A stretch of 64,000 nucleotides of DNA from Diadema antillarum (taxonomy: Eukaryota). Positions 38,889 through 51,300 of this stretch are shown here, piece by piece (within the stretch, counting starts at the first letter, position 1; each line of letters starts with the position of its first letter). The position numbers were made by a program, and so were the translations under genes. The DNA is taken from positions 2,294,001 to 2,358,000 of the forward strand of contig NW_027271164.1 of assembly GCF_040938485.1 (NCBI RefSeq). Direction: 5' to 3'. The notes beneath the pieces are model-generated. The model was not told the DNA's origin. It ran no database searches and worked only from the letters and a program-made list of their open reading frames with translations.

Positions 38889-41091
38889 TTAGTAGAGACC
38901 GCATCTCGCAAATTCGTTTTTAATTTCGGCAAAAGGTATCAGCCAACCAGTTTTGGTGTCATAAAGTGTTACAAACTTTTTGCCATGTGATCCATTGCTG
39001 TCATAACTCTCGAATCTCGGCAAGTCTTTGAGAGCAGGCCTTTCTTTTGGTAACACGTAGAACCAACATTCGACGGTTGCTGGTGCCTCCACCCCGGCGC
39101 CAGGCCCTCCACAGTCAAGTTCCACTACAGTCCGTTTGCGGTCATACAACTCGGGGTAATCTTCCAAATAGTCCAGAGTTTTCAGCATGTCATCGTCCAC
39201 TTCGTACACCTCGCCCCTAATATGCTGCAGAGAGAGATAGAGGGAGAGAGGAAATTGCACATCAGCATGCAGTGATATACGAAGGTAATTTCCTGCAACC
39301 TCGCGATGGCGGCGTCGAAGCGATTGAAGAGATCTCCTCATTTTAGCCCAATCTATATGCGACCTGGCCCATCCACGAGGTGACACAGCAACACGGGACG
39401 ATTCACTCTTCAGCATAAAGTAAACCTAAAAACGTATGCTTATCAGAGAATCGTCATTGAAATCCAAGTTTGAGCCCATTTTGATATCAATACCTGTCGT
39501 TATGATCTCCCTCAAAATCATCTCATTGAATTTACAGATTCACTGATCATTATTGTGGTTGTAACGCCTATACGCAGACGCAATGTCTTTTGATTTGTAA
39601 TGGGCCTACGATCACGACATGTTTAATGTCTTATTGAAAGGCATGTTTTCTCAGTGACTTGTCACTATAGACTAATGTTGTAAAGTCCTATACACAGAGT
39701 ATTTCTGATGATTCGAGATAGTCAAGAAATTCCGAGCTGTCTTTCACGAACTGAAAGCGCATCAGTGCATGGAATTCCCGCACGACTTCACACACTGATA
39801 AGGACCATTCTTCTACTGGAAGGACGTACGCCAGAAGAAGCTGATTGTTAATCGGCGAAATGTGGCATGACTAAGTTTCCATCCCAGTTCTGTGATTTAT
39901 GAGAATTTTGGAGATGCATATATAGCTTCATTGCCCACCTCTGACATAAATGAATGCGTATAATTCATTATCAAAACATCATTATTGAAACATCAGTCAC
40001 CGTATAATCACGACAATTATTTTTCATCAAGAATTCAAAGTTGAATGAGCATATCGCGGCACAAAACTGATGAAGGTTCCCAAAGAAACTTATGCAATTC
40101 ATTTTATCATTAAAACGTTTTATCTGAAAAGTTGACGTATAAAAACAGCAGATAAATAGAGTATTTCCTTGGAACAAATTTATAAAAACGAGTTAGGATA
40201 GTTGATTTCCAGTGCAGTGTCAATGCGTATGACCCTCCTCGGGGAATGTCTATCCTATGGTTGAACAAGGTCCAGGGAAATATTCTTTATCTGAGGAGGT
40301 GATTATTGAAAGAGTATCAAATTAGGAAAAATAGGAGAACGTCAGCTTCAAATTTCATAACCACGTATCAGTTTATTTGGAGATAGCAATAGAACACCGT
40401 GTAAGCCAATTTACCAGCACTCGAACATTACCATAAAATACATTGTAATCAAGGGAATAATTTTCCTGGTATCGCGTAGCATTTTCGTATGACTGCTATG
40501 CAAAATATCATTTGCATAACAATTTCCTTGCCTAGACCTGGGCCCCATTTCATAAAAGATGTTTAGGATAGCAACTCTTGCTGGAATGGCAACTTCCAAT
40601 ACCAACAGCCAATCAGGAAGCTCGATTCTCGTTGTTACCATGACAATTGCCATCCCAGCAAGAGTTGCTATCATATCAAATTTTTATGAAACGGGGCCCA
40701 GTACACCATTTTGTTCAAAATGTATCACTATCAACTAAAACTGCTATTCAATTTCGAGAAGGAAGATTATTCCCTGTAATCTTATATCCGCTGTACAACA
40801 CTGGCTTTGATTTTTAGTTACTGTCGTATAGAATTAGATTCTCATAGAATTATTAAGTTTTTCATGCGCAAGGGCTATTCAGTACAGCATGTAATGCAAA
40901 CTTACGTGACCCTGACCCTCCATATCGAGAAGGAAAGGGATGTTGAACTTGGTTGCTATAACGAGTGGCCACTTTGTGCTGGTCTTTCCTGTTCCAACCA
41001 GCCGATATGACCCACGTTCAGCATTGGCGAAGTATGAGTGCATTGGCTGATCCGACTTCAGAGTCCCGTACACAAACACTTTGGTTTCCAT
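38889..41091 (-). CDS. GGACT: gamma-glutamylamine cyclotransferase-like, paralog B; exons 40906-41091 and 38889-39224, 173 aa
   Basis: METKVFVYGTLKSDQPMH...WPLVIATKFNIPFLLDMEGQGH|GTAAGT joins cag|HIRGEVYEVDDDMLKTLDYLEDYPELY...YDSNGSHGKKFV. The intron is at the same position and phase as in paralog A. Confidence 0.93.
40538..40701. mobile_element. hairpin MITE in the GGACT-B intron
   Basis: ctgggccccatttcataaaa...ttttatgaaacggggcccag TIRs plus an inner gatagcaactcttgctgg inverted pair. Confidence 0.85.
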
Positions 41092-41869
41092 TGCCTAGCC
41101 ACTCGGGAACCAATTTACGTTCTTCTATACCTATTCTTTATTTTGCTATAATGATTGCCCTAGGTGACCGGAGACACACGTGCGGAAGTTCAGGTCACAG
41201 AATAGGAATTTGTATACCTGGTAGTTGAATATTGTCTTACATATTATGCTAGCGTTCTACAGTGATCACAGGACAAACAGAAGTCTTGACGCTGAGGCAC
41301 GTATACATTGTAAAAAATAATTCATCGACAAAAGCTAGATTCCGTCGTGTGGTGTAAAGGTCGATTAAGCGTATAGTTTGTGCATATCTCCGGATGTGTT
41401 GTACCGCGAGGTATAGGTATAACGACATGTGTATTCACCGGGGGAGAGACGTGACTTTGCCCAGAATGACAAGTTCAAGTTCATTTAACCAATTCATTAA
41501 ACATTTGACGTTTTACAAAAGGATACAGCATTAAGAATAATGAATGGTTTGGGACCCCAAAAGAAGCAGAGCTTGTAAAAAAAGGGGTCCCGGATAAACA
41601 TATAAAACAAAACATACTAAAGTTTTAAACATATTAACAAGAAGTATAATAGTAACATATTTACATAGGACATATGCAAGCACAAGCACACACACACACA
41701 CACACACACATTCAATCACACAAAAGTGTCACAAAAACGCTCATGCACATACATGTAGTTCACATGAAATTGCAGAAAGATACTATATATTTTACTATAC
41801 TTTAAAATTCAGCTTCCCTGATCAATTCTTGTTTTACAACTTTCCCTCAAGATAAATGCGACATGTACG

Positions 41870-41870
<1 letters not shown>

Positions 41871-41944
<74 letters not shown>

Positions 41945-42510
41945 TTTTATTTATTTAGTCATATTTATACAGGGTGGCCCTATCAGTAGTCAATGCACTG
42001 TTCTCCCTAGAGGCCCTGTGTCACAAACTCATTCATAAAAGTCAAACTTAACAGACAAATAACACTACAGAAATATACAACAGAGATTACAGAAAATGGA
42101 TCTAACAAGATCTACATATATCAGATAACAAATAACCCAGGTTATGAGGCGAAATGTTTCAAATAATTACAGCAAAAGGTAGCTTTTGAAGGAGAACTAC
42201 GTATAATTGCAGAAAGTGCATTCCAAAGCATAGCTCCAGAGAAAGAAAAAGCCCTTTTCCCACTCTCAGAGGTGACTCTGGGCAAAACAAGACCATGGGT
42301 GCCCGCCCTTCTTGTCCTGTACCGATGTGTACTACTGCATAGCGTGAAGCGATCAATCAAATAGGAAGGAGAAGAACCATTAATTACATCATATAAGAGC
42401 TTAGCCCGATGGAACCGCCAACGTTCCTCCATGGGAATCCAATGCAAAGTTTTAAACATTTGAGAGGAGGGTGTTAAAGAATTTGCTTTCAGTATTATCC
42501 TTGCCATTTG
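41871..42510 (-). mobile_element. 3' fragment of a CR1/L2-group LINE with (AAAT)n tail
   Basis: ORF 42142-42507 with LHWIP, SPSYL, THRYRTR, GKRAFSFSGAMLWNAL; long (TTTA)n at ~41880-41955 on the plus strand. Confidence 0.85.
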
Positions 42511-43351
42511 CCATTTATTATCATCATCATCATCATTATTATTATCATTTTTATCATTATCTTAGCTATTCGTATCGACGTCATCGTAGTGAGAATTTCA
42601 CAACTATATACCAAAATGAAATACTGATATAATCAGACAGGGAAATGGTATGTTACATTTACATAGTTGCGAGCCTGTGAATAAGGCTAGTTTATTGAGT
42701 CCTCTCTCGACCCGATACAGCAATGACTCTGAACAACATTTCCTGTCCTTGACGTTTTCACAACCCATACAAGCAAACGATATGGAGGACATACCCATGT
42801 GTATATGGACAAAATTCACAGAACTTTGAAACAGAGTTTTCTAGGATATGTAAACAAGTTTATGTGCAGGTAAAATTAATAGACATGATAGCCACGCGCA
42901 GAGAAAGCGCATATAATCACTTTTACGTGCATGTGACAAGAGATTTGAAGCAGTATTTTAGCAACATCTATAGGCCTATTCATACAGTGTATTTAGTCTC
43001 ACGAAATTGCTGAAGGAATGTGCCGATCAATATACTATCGACATAGAGATAATCATGACCACTTTGTGTAACGCAGTAGCTTCGGGAACAATCAAACCTC
43101 ACATGGAGTGGACTGAATATCATTTCCTGTTAGTCCAAATTTGGTCTTCACAACTAACAACCGAATTAACAGGTAGGCCTGACATGATGCCTGAAATGTA
43201 GGTTGTTGTTTTTTTTTTTCCAAATTTTGTCACGGCATGATACGGTGTGACGTGAAGCCGCAACGCCTATGGAGAAGGCAAATGAGATTGACGTTACATT
43301 AAGACCCTACACTGGAGTCAGGATGATATGGTATGCATCATTATTTAATTG

Positions 43352-44068
43352 TCATATTCCACCAGCACTCATTTCATATTTTGTCAGAGCGAATTCAATC
43401 TTATTTGCAATGTCCATCAGTTTTGGCAGCACGCTCAGCACACCTACGTAGTACGCCATCTCTTGTTCACTGTCGAAAAACTTCATACAGCTCTCCTTTA
43501 CGCCAGAGCGAACCAATGGGAAGAGGTTATTGTGACGATCAAGAAGAGTCGTCCAAGCACTGAGGAGCGCCTCGAGCTCTCCCTGGCTCCTCTTTTGCAT
43601 CTCAGTCACTTCAACATTCCTTGGCACTTTGCGAAGTTTTCCAACAATATCCATCTTTACCTGCTGCCGAAAAAGTCGAAAATTGTGTATGTTTTTGAAG
43701 AAAGTTTCGAAAATACTGCAGTGAGCTCTGGCATCACTTTGAGTATCATTTTCATACGATCTCCTGGAAGAGGTCGCCCTCGTGTCTGCGGTTCGTACAT
43801 TGAGTCTGCTTTCATTGCTAGACGAATCAGATGTGTCCTCGAGTGTCACTCTTTCTTGGTAGATTGCAAAGTTGTCTTCCAAATCCCTAAAGGTGAGCAC
43901 GGGAGCGTCTTCCTGTGACACAGGACAAATTTCCTTGAGGGCGCGAATGAAGTATTTCTTGCTTTTCTCGAATTTACTGACGGAGATGAGAGCTGCGCTG
44001 AGCTGGTCTCGGTAGAACTCGTGTAATCTCTTCACCAGACCGTAGAACTTCGCTTTCTCCCCAGCCAT
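43352..44068 (-). CDS. uncharacterised protein, 238 aa, single coding exon
   Basis: 717-nt open frame starting 2 nt after a good acceptor (ttcttcttactccctaattttgtcatag|ttATGG). It is GC-richer than its flanks and has a normal globular composition (MAGEKAKFYGLVKRLHEFYRDQL...LTKYEMSAGGI*). No family recognised. Confidence 0.75.
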   Translation of the reverse strand: MAGEKAKFYGLVKRLHEFYRDQLSAALISVSKFEKSKKYFIRALKEICPVSQEDAPVLTFRDLEDNFAIYQERVTLEDTSDSSSNESRLNVRTADTRATSSRRSYENDTQSDARAHCSIFETFFKNIHNFRLFRQQVKMDIVGKLRKVPRNVEVTEMQKRSQGELEALLSAWTTLLDRHNNLFPLVRSGVKESCMKFFDSEQEMAYYVGVLSVLPKLMDIANKIEFALTKYEMSAGGI

Positions 44069-47000
44069 AACTATGACAAAATTAGGGAGTAAGAAGAGAA
44101 AACGCAAAAACACGTAAATGTTGGTGAGTATAAACGTAATACTTTCATGAGGGAAAACAAGTTGGGCTCAGTTACACAACAATGAAATACCGTCCTTACA
44201 CAAGGACAGATGAAGATACGTTAGCACAAATTGTGAGAAGATGAACGTTGTAATAAGTGTCCAAGAAGCAGTGAAGGACTGTTGCATACCTCTCTCTCTC
44301 AATTCACTGTTACGTTCAATTCAGTGAGAAAATGGGACAGAAATTTAGTTCATGGTCTAACATGATTAATATCTATACAAATCAGCCTTTCGGATTGCAA
44401 TTTACTCGCCTGAAAGCTTACTGTCAGAGGCTCGGTATTAGTTGAATTAATTATAGAATCAGGGATTTCTTTTTTTTTTATTGCACCTTATTGACAAATT
44501 GCCCTTTCCATGAAAGTAAGCACCTATGATCTTTCACCATGTTTTACTAGTAGTCATAATGATGATAAAAATAACGGGCATACTATTCGGGTAACCGTCG
44601 CACTCGAGCCGACGATATCCAACGATCTCTCAGCCACTGCTGGTTTTAATCCCTGTGTATTGCGAATTTATTGAAATTGACTTTGAAATTTATTGCAAAT
44701 AGAGAACAGCCTGATTTTTTTTTCTTCTCAAGGGGAAATCGTGATTCAGTTTAACATTTATTGATAGACTGTGACATTTAAATCTGACATTGAATCTCCT
44801 TGTAGTCGCATGTAGATGCGAATGAGGCAGGAGACCGTAGACATATTAGTTAGCCATGATGTCACTCACACTGATTCTCCTTCATCCCCTATACACAGTC
44901 CGAGCTATTGCACACTAATTCAAGATACGTCCAACGGGTGATTGGATTATGATCGGGAATGAGGGTGGGGTGATCGGCTATAAAACAATTAAGGGGCTTT
45001 GAACAGAAAGAATAGAACAAAATGTCATCAAACGTTACAGACAGGATTCACTGGCAGTCTGCATAGACAGACAACAGCCCAGGATCTTACAATAGATCCA
45101 ACCCTTCAAGGGATAGGCTTAACGAGTCTATAGTCTGTTACTACATTAATCCTCTAATTGTGTCTTAGTTGTTAAGTTTTGTCCCTAACGACCTTCAGGG
45201 TATTTAACTAACCTCTTTACTGTCATTATGTAGGACTGTCTCCCAGTCGTCTTGTCGCCTAGAGATTCGCGTATAAGGAGTGTTTCAGAGTGTACCTGTA
45301 ATCCCGAATTCCAGATTGTAACATGGCCTAGGTAACTCTTTGTAACAGCCCGTACAATGTCAGTTCTAGACTCCTAAATTTATGACAACCCGTGCAAGCG
45401 ACAGGGTTAGGTCAACATACATGAACCTCAAGCCGATATGAATCATTATCTCTGACCTCTGAATTTACATACTCGGTAATGAATAACAAAACATAATTTG
45501 ATTGACACAGGCACGTATATTATAGTTACGTTGAATGTTTGATGATATTAGTTATTGCTATGTCATTAATCATTGGTCATCTGTAAGATTATGATACATA
45601 TTAATTAAATCACTACAGATTATCAAATAAAAGAAACCGATATGGTTAGAGCGGTCCTAAGTCAACATTACAAAACGCAATGTCTGCGCTGATTTGAGTG
45701 TATAAGGCTTCACAGCATTGCCGAGAGGGAGATGGAGAAAAATATACTTCTAATTTTCATTTTTAAATCTTAAGATTAAGATTTGTGACTAAAAGTCGTG
45801 AAATATTGAGAACACACTGAAGTGTTGTTCATCACATCACACACACACACACACACACCAACACAAACCATGACACCTCCCCCCCCCCCCATTGATGATA
45901 TAATGTTATCGTTATCATTACCATTATATCTGGTTGGAAAAGATGACAGATGCATAAATTTGCATCACAGACGACAGATGAGCTATTTCCTCCTTCTAAG
46001 TTCAGTAATTGAGAAGGTGGAGTTTTGTTCTTGTCTCCATGTTTTGGTTTGGATCTTTTCCGGCTACATTCCAGCAATCCTGGGCACCTATAGTACACGT
46101 GATACATTAAGGATAATATTAGACATTTTCGAATTATTAGCTAATAGGGATCTGTGATCTTATAAGACTTGTTTTCTCAAAATTGTGATAACACAGTGTA
46201 CAATGTATTATTATTTAAACAAATATCTTCTAGACTGACCTGCGACAGAGGTTGACAAAAAAAAAAAAAAAATCGGGTAATGATTGACGCACCTTTGATG
46301 CGATGACTCAAGCTATCGGTCCCTTCATGGACCTCACCAGAGCCGGAATGTCGAGACAAGAATTATGTCCACGTTTACACATAGCCCTCCGTTGCCAGGC
46401 ATACACAAATACTTAATAATAATTCATAAATACCAAACGATACGTTGCGAGAGAATATTCTGCAGGTCTCCTGTTGCAGTATGTTCCGACTTGAAGCAGC
46501 TCTTTCTGCTCATCTCAACAAAATGTTGACAACGAAGAGATGTAGGCCTACATTTACCGAAAAAACACGTTTTATTTTTCAGTTACACTACAATTCTTTT
46601 GCGACATCCAGGAAAGTTGTCAGTCTTAAGAATCGGGTGTTCTGTAAGTGAGAGACGATCCATCCCAAAAGTTTCATAAAAAGATATGAACAAAAGTATG
46701 TGGCAGGGAGTAGAGGGTCGAGTATCATAGCGCTAGTCAGACCTTTTGTTTTACAACTGACATTCGCATACAGGAGACCATAAAGAACATCCCAATAACC
46801 GGCCTATATATCACAGATAACTACTCTATGTATACTGTATACATACATGCACATGTGATGTCACATACACGAGACAGCTCCTTGGCAAACTGATGCGTAA
46901 GACTAAACGAGTCTTCTCAAGTGATACGTCCAGCACTGGTCATCATCAGAGACAATCCCATTTGTGGTCCGCATCTCAGTGAGGTCTCCGTTCGTTCTCA

Positions 47001-47383
47001 GAAAGGCCATTGACAACAATGAGAAGACCACTTAGTATAATAGATTGGGAGGGAAGAACCATTCAAGTCCGGCAAATTAAACCCGCTACCATCGATCGCT
47101 CAGTTCTTCACTGTGATTTTGTTTGTCTTCAGTCAGAGAACCGTACAAGTATACGAACAATGTCACCAGCCTGTTAGTTTGTCGCCAACAGTTTAACGAA
47201 CAAACGGCGGACACATGAACATGATGAAGAAATCTTGCAAGAATGATGTTATATTTTGGTTATCTTGTCCTTTGGTATCGAATTAGTAATACCTGTATAA
47301 GATTAAAAGGGACTAACATCCATGAGACCGACCTTGGAGACAGGAGGCGCATACGTGCAGGATAACAAAGAGATGGGCTTTAA

Positions 47384-47740
47384 AGGGGAAGGCTAGTAAC
47401 TGATCAGTGGGAATCAGTGGAAATGCTGGGAGATGATTGTTCCAATCCCTATGGGATTCATTCAAGAGTTCATTGTATATCTATTGTTGTGTGAAAATGA
47501 TTTGCTTCAGAATGGTCTCGTATTCAAGTAATGTGCAGTTTAATGCTTCCAGGTTAGCGTCCCTGGTCAGTGACGGAGCATTAAACTGCACATTACTTGA
47601 ATATGAGACCATTCTGAAGCAAATCATTTTCACACAACAATAGATATACAATGAACTCTTGAATGAATCCCATGAGGATTGGAACAATCATCTCCCAGCA
47701 TTTCCACTGATTTCCACTGATCAGTTACTAGCCTTCCCCT
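47384..47740. mobile_element. near-perfect 357-bp palindromic MITE, TTAA/TTAG flanks
   Basis: AGGGGAAGGCTAGTAACTGATCAGTGG...CCACTGATCAGTTACTAGCCTTCCCCT; the arms pair almost base-for-base, which is why the ORF track shows mirror ORFs 47437-47643 (+) and 47481-47687 (-). Confidence 0.92.
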
Positions 47741-48224
47741 TTAGTGTGAGAGGGGTAAAGGGACTATCTATAAGACAGTGAAAAACACTAGCGCGAGGAA
47801 GAGCGAAGTTAAACTGGGCGGGGTCTTCCTTGAGCCTTGACTAGACAAAAGATAACTCTGTTGCCTGATTACTGTACATAGTTACAACAGTATGTATCGC
47901 TTGCCACTTCTATACTGGATCATGAAAATACACACCTTATATATCACATTTGTATAATTATGTTTGAGGATGTTATACAAATTGAATCTTAAGGGCTTTG
48001 CCATAAATATAATAACTATGATAGAATTTAACATAAGGTTTATTGTGACGTCACGCAAGACTATACTAAGTATTGCAAGTATTTTGGATACAGACGTTGC
48101 GAATTCATTTACGTGTTGGTTGTTTTTCTGGGCGACGAAAACAAAAACAACATAATGACTCACACATCACACATCAATATTGAGTGCATGATAAAAACGA
48201 ACAGTTTTGTATTATCATTTCCGC

Positions 48225-48352
48225 NNNNNNNNNNNNNNNNNNNNNNNNNNNNNNNNNNNNNNNNNNNNNNNNNNNNNNNNNNNNNNNNNNNNNNNNNNNN
48301 NNNNNNNNNNNNNNNNNNNNNNNNNNNNNNNNNNNNNNNNNNNNNNNNNNNN
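48225..48352. other. assembly gap (128 N)
   Basis: Run of N. Confidence 1.
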
Positions 48353-51300
48353 GGACTCCATGAACACTTCATGCATGTCATGGCCCCTAAGTATCCGTTG
48401 CTTGCATGTGACGTCGTCCAGTCACAAATCTATGAGATATATCACAGAGAGCAGAAATGCTTTGACAAGGGTCATATGACTGTAACTTAGATGGATCAAA
48501 ATAATTAACAAAAAATCATAGAAAAGGTTTGTTGTATTTTTCATTATAAAGAGGGGGACTGGTGTCAAGAGCCATCAAAGACGTTCGAGAGAGAAAGAGG
48601 AAAGGGCGTGACGTGGTGGTTGATATGGTCTTCTGCAAACTTTGTGTTAAATCCCAGTTTAGGGGACTTTATGATGAATTTGTAGTAACTAATGAAACAT
48701 TGTCCAAGCTCACCACATACAAAATAGTCAACACAATTGTAACTTTAAATTTATGCAAAATCTGGCTACATTTAACCTTTTTCGTAGTCTTTGGTTGGAA
48801 GGCTTAGCAATGCTTACTGAACATCATGATCAAGTAGGAACCAACGTGTATATAGCAAAAACAAATGCTAAACTACCTATATTTGTCTGTAGTATGTCAT
48901 GATAACATACAGTGAAAGCGAGAGACACCCCTCCCCCATTTTGCGGCCCTGTATAATGGGGTACCTAATGGTTTTGAATAATTATTCTAAATGAAATGAG
49001 AGTAAATGACAGTAATTTCAATCTATGAAGATGTGACGTGAGCGCCAGTCAAAATGTGGTGCTGAATATGGGTGCATGCAAGTGCCTGTGGATTTGGCAT
49101 AAACAATTAGGACCTTCAAGCCCTCCGTTATGTTTGCAGCTCTTCTTGTCGTTTATCAGTTTCACTCTTCATCGACAGATTAATAGGTCAGCTATTCATT
49201 ATGGTTAAATAATCGATTACAATCTTATTTTAGAATACCCAATGATAATACCGGCTTCTTTCACTACACCGACTATCATACCGAGCTCTCTTCATTCAAG
49301 TAATGACTCCTTGCTATACCCTCAGTGTACTTAGCAACGAACGAATGACAAGATCCAAGTGCTGTTGAGTTGATTTTTCTCCTTCAGAAAGGTTGTAAAA
49401 CCTTCAGCAAACAATGAAGAAACAGTGAATAGTGTCGGCCGTTGTAAATTGGATTGTTGTGCCCTTAATGACGTACACGTACTTCACAGGTAATCTTGCC
49501 AGGCCATTGTGGGTACGTCTCGAAGAATTTTATCAGTCTGTTTGCAATTCTACGTTTCCTAATTGTTAACAACAAACTGACTTCCTGCTTCTTGGGTAGA
49601 AAATCGATGTCATTTGTTTCTACAGAGTGTATAATGTCCTATTCAAAGTCATACCAGTTCCTATATGCTGTATTCATGACTGAATTTCAAGTGTATTTTG
49701 GCTTTTCACTTTTTAAGCAAAGACAATGACAAACCCCCATTGAATACATTATTTTTAGCTTGAATGAAATCAATTGTTATAACCTCTTTACCTAACAACA
49801 GATGGACACAATTCTTGGATGGCATATGCAATATTACAGACATATTATGATTGCATTCACTGAAACCAGTTCCCTCAGTTTAAAATTGTTTCACAATGAT
49901 GCTTGTTGCTTAGTGGATGGTATGCTATCACTGCCACCACAGTTCCAAGTTGCAGTGGTGGTGATGATGATGATGATGATTCATGAAAATGATATGGATA
50001 CTCATGATAATGATAAATTGGTCTCAAGAAATTTTTAGACATTATTATATACGTAAGAATACGCCATATTCATAGGTAAACTTCTGAGTAAATATACGTC
50101 AGTATTTCTCTGTGTTTTTTTCTCTTTCGATCAGAGCAAACCTGTTGAATAATCATACAACTTCCAAGAAATAATTACTGGGAAGGAAAGCTAGGAGGTA
50201 GGAGGCAATATTGCTGGCAAAACCCTGAAAGCAGTGAGTCTTCTTTGGATCGAGTCTCCGATACCTTATTTTGTCGATGCATTGTGTGTGCTTACATTTT
50301 TTTTTTCAAGATCATCATTCTCATCAACAACGGAATTTATCTATTTTCAATTTCTTTCTTTCTCATTTTCCTTTCTTTCTGTCTCTTTATAGTTTCTAAC
50401 TACTTATCTACGGAGCACGCACATACACCAAATAACCCTTTCATATCCCAGCCTTCTCCCTGTTCTCTCTCCGCGGATTCCATAAGGGAAAAATGTTAAA
50501 CGTCGGTCCGTGTATCTCCCTTTCTCTTCTAATATCGTGCACGGTCTTTATGCTACCTGGATTCTTTGTATGTCATACTCACTTTGGCTTCTCGTTGCAG
50601 GTTTCTTCGGAGGATGGAGACGCTCGAAAATTTCCATCTTCACTAGATGTCTGTTGCTATGCAAAACGGATAATATAATGTCTCCTTATTCCCTTTTCAA
50701 GAGATGATTCAGGACTTTTGTCAGATTTACTGATATGAGTCCATACTTCAAGATGTAGCAAAGAGAGAAACGATGTACTATAATACTGATGATGTGGTAA
50801 ACTTGAAATCAGTATCCGGCTTAGAAAAGGAGTGCTTCTTCGCTGATGTGTCTTCGAACAGTACAGGCTGCATTCATTGGCATCTGTGATGACATTTACG
50901 AGGATCAAGAGGCTTATGGTATTTATTCATCGTCATCGAAGGGAACAACAAAGCAGAAGGTAAACCCCCTGCCATGACCCTGCACTTCAGATCCGACCCC
51001 AAACCGCTCATGCCACATTCTTGACCCGAAGCCACGGTAACTCTGCAACGGTTCAGGCAGCTTGTCCATCCGCCCCCGTACACCTGATCTTCGCCCAAAA
51101 ATGTCTGTTTTTAGTGAGAGAGGAGCAAACATGGGTTTGTTTGCGACAGTGTGATTTATTACTGTGTCTTCTCAACTGATCTCTCTTCAGACAGTCAAAT
51201 AGCTACCGGGAATAGATACACGATATATACAATTACAGCACCGCATCACACGAATATATAGACCTACACATACTACTTCTTGGTCCATGGTGTCTGTCAA

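Noticed and set aside
39225-39416. 64 open codons upstream of GGACT-B exon 2 (ORF 38889-39416), and an antisense ATGGCGGCG start at 39306
   Set aside because: The frame runs through a clear polypyrimidine/CAG acceptor and would lack the YGTL loop; the antisense frame stops after 25 codons. Treated as intron unless RNA data show otherwise.
39720-39870. Protein-like stretch in the GGACT-B intron (KKFRAVFHELK...**GPFFYWKDVRQKK)
   Set aside because: In-frame stops, no supporting splice sites and no recognisable family.
45915-46087. Minus-strand exon-like segment as a coding extension of the 238-aa ORF
   Set aside because: Its phase-0 donor does not match the ORF frame at the 44070 acceptor; at most it is 5' UTR.
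47437-47687. Mirror-image ORFs on both strands
   Set aside because: They are a by-product of the palindromic MITE.
48113-48490. ORFs spanning the N run
   Set aside because: Artefacts of translating through the assembly gap.
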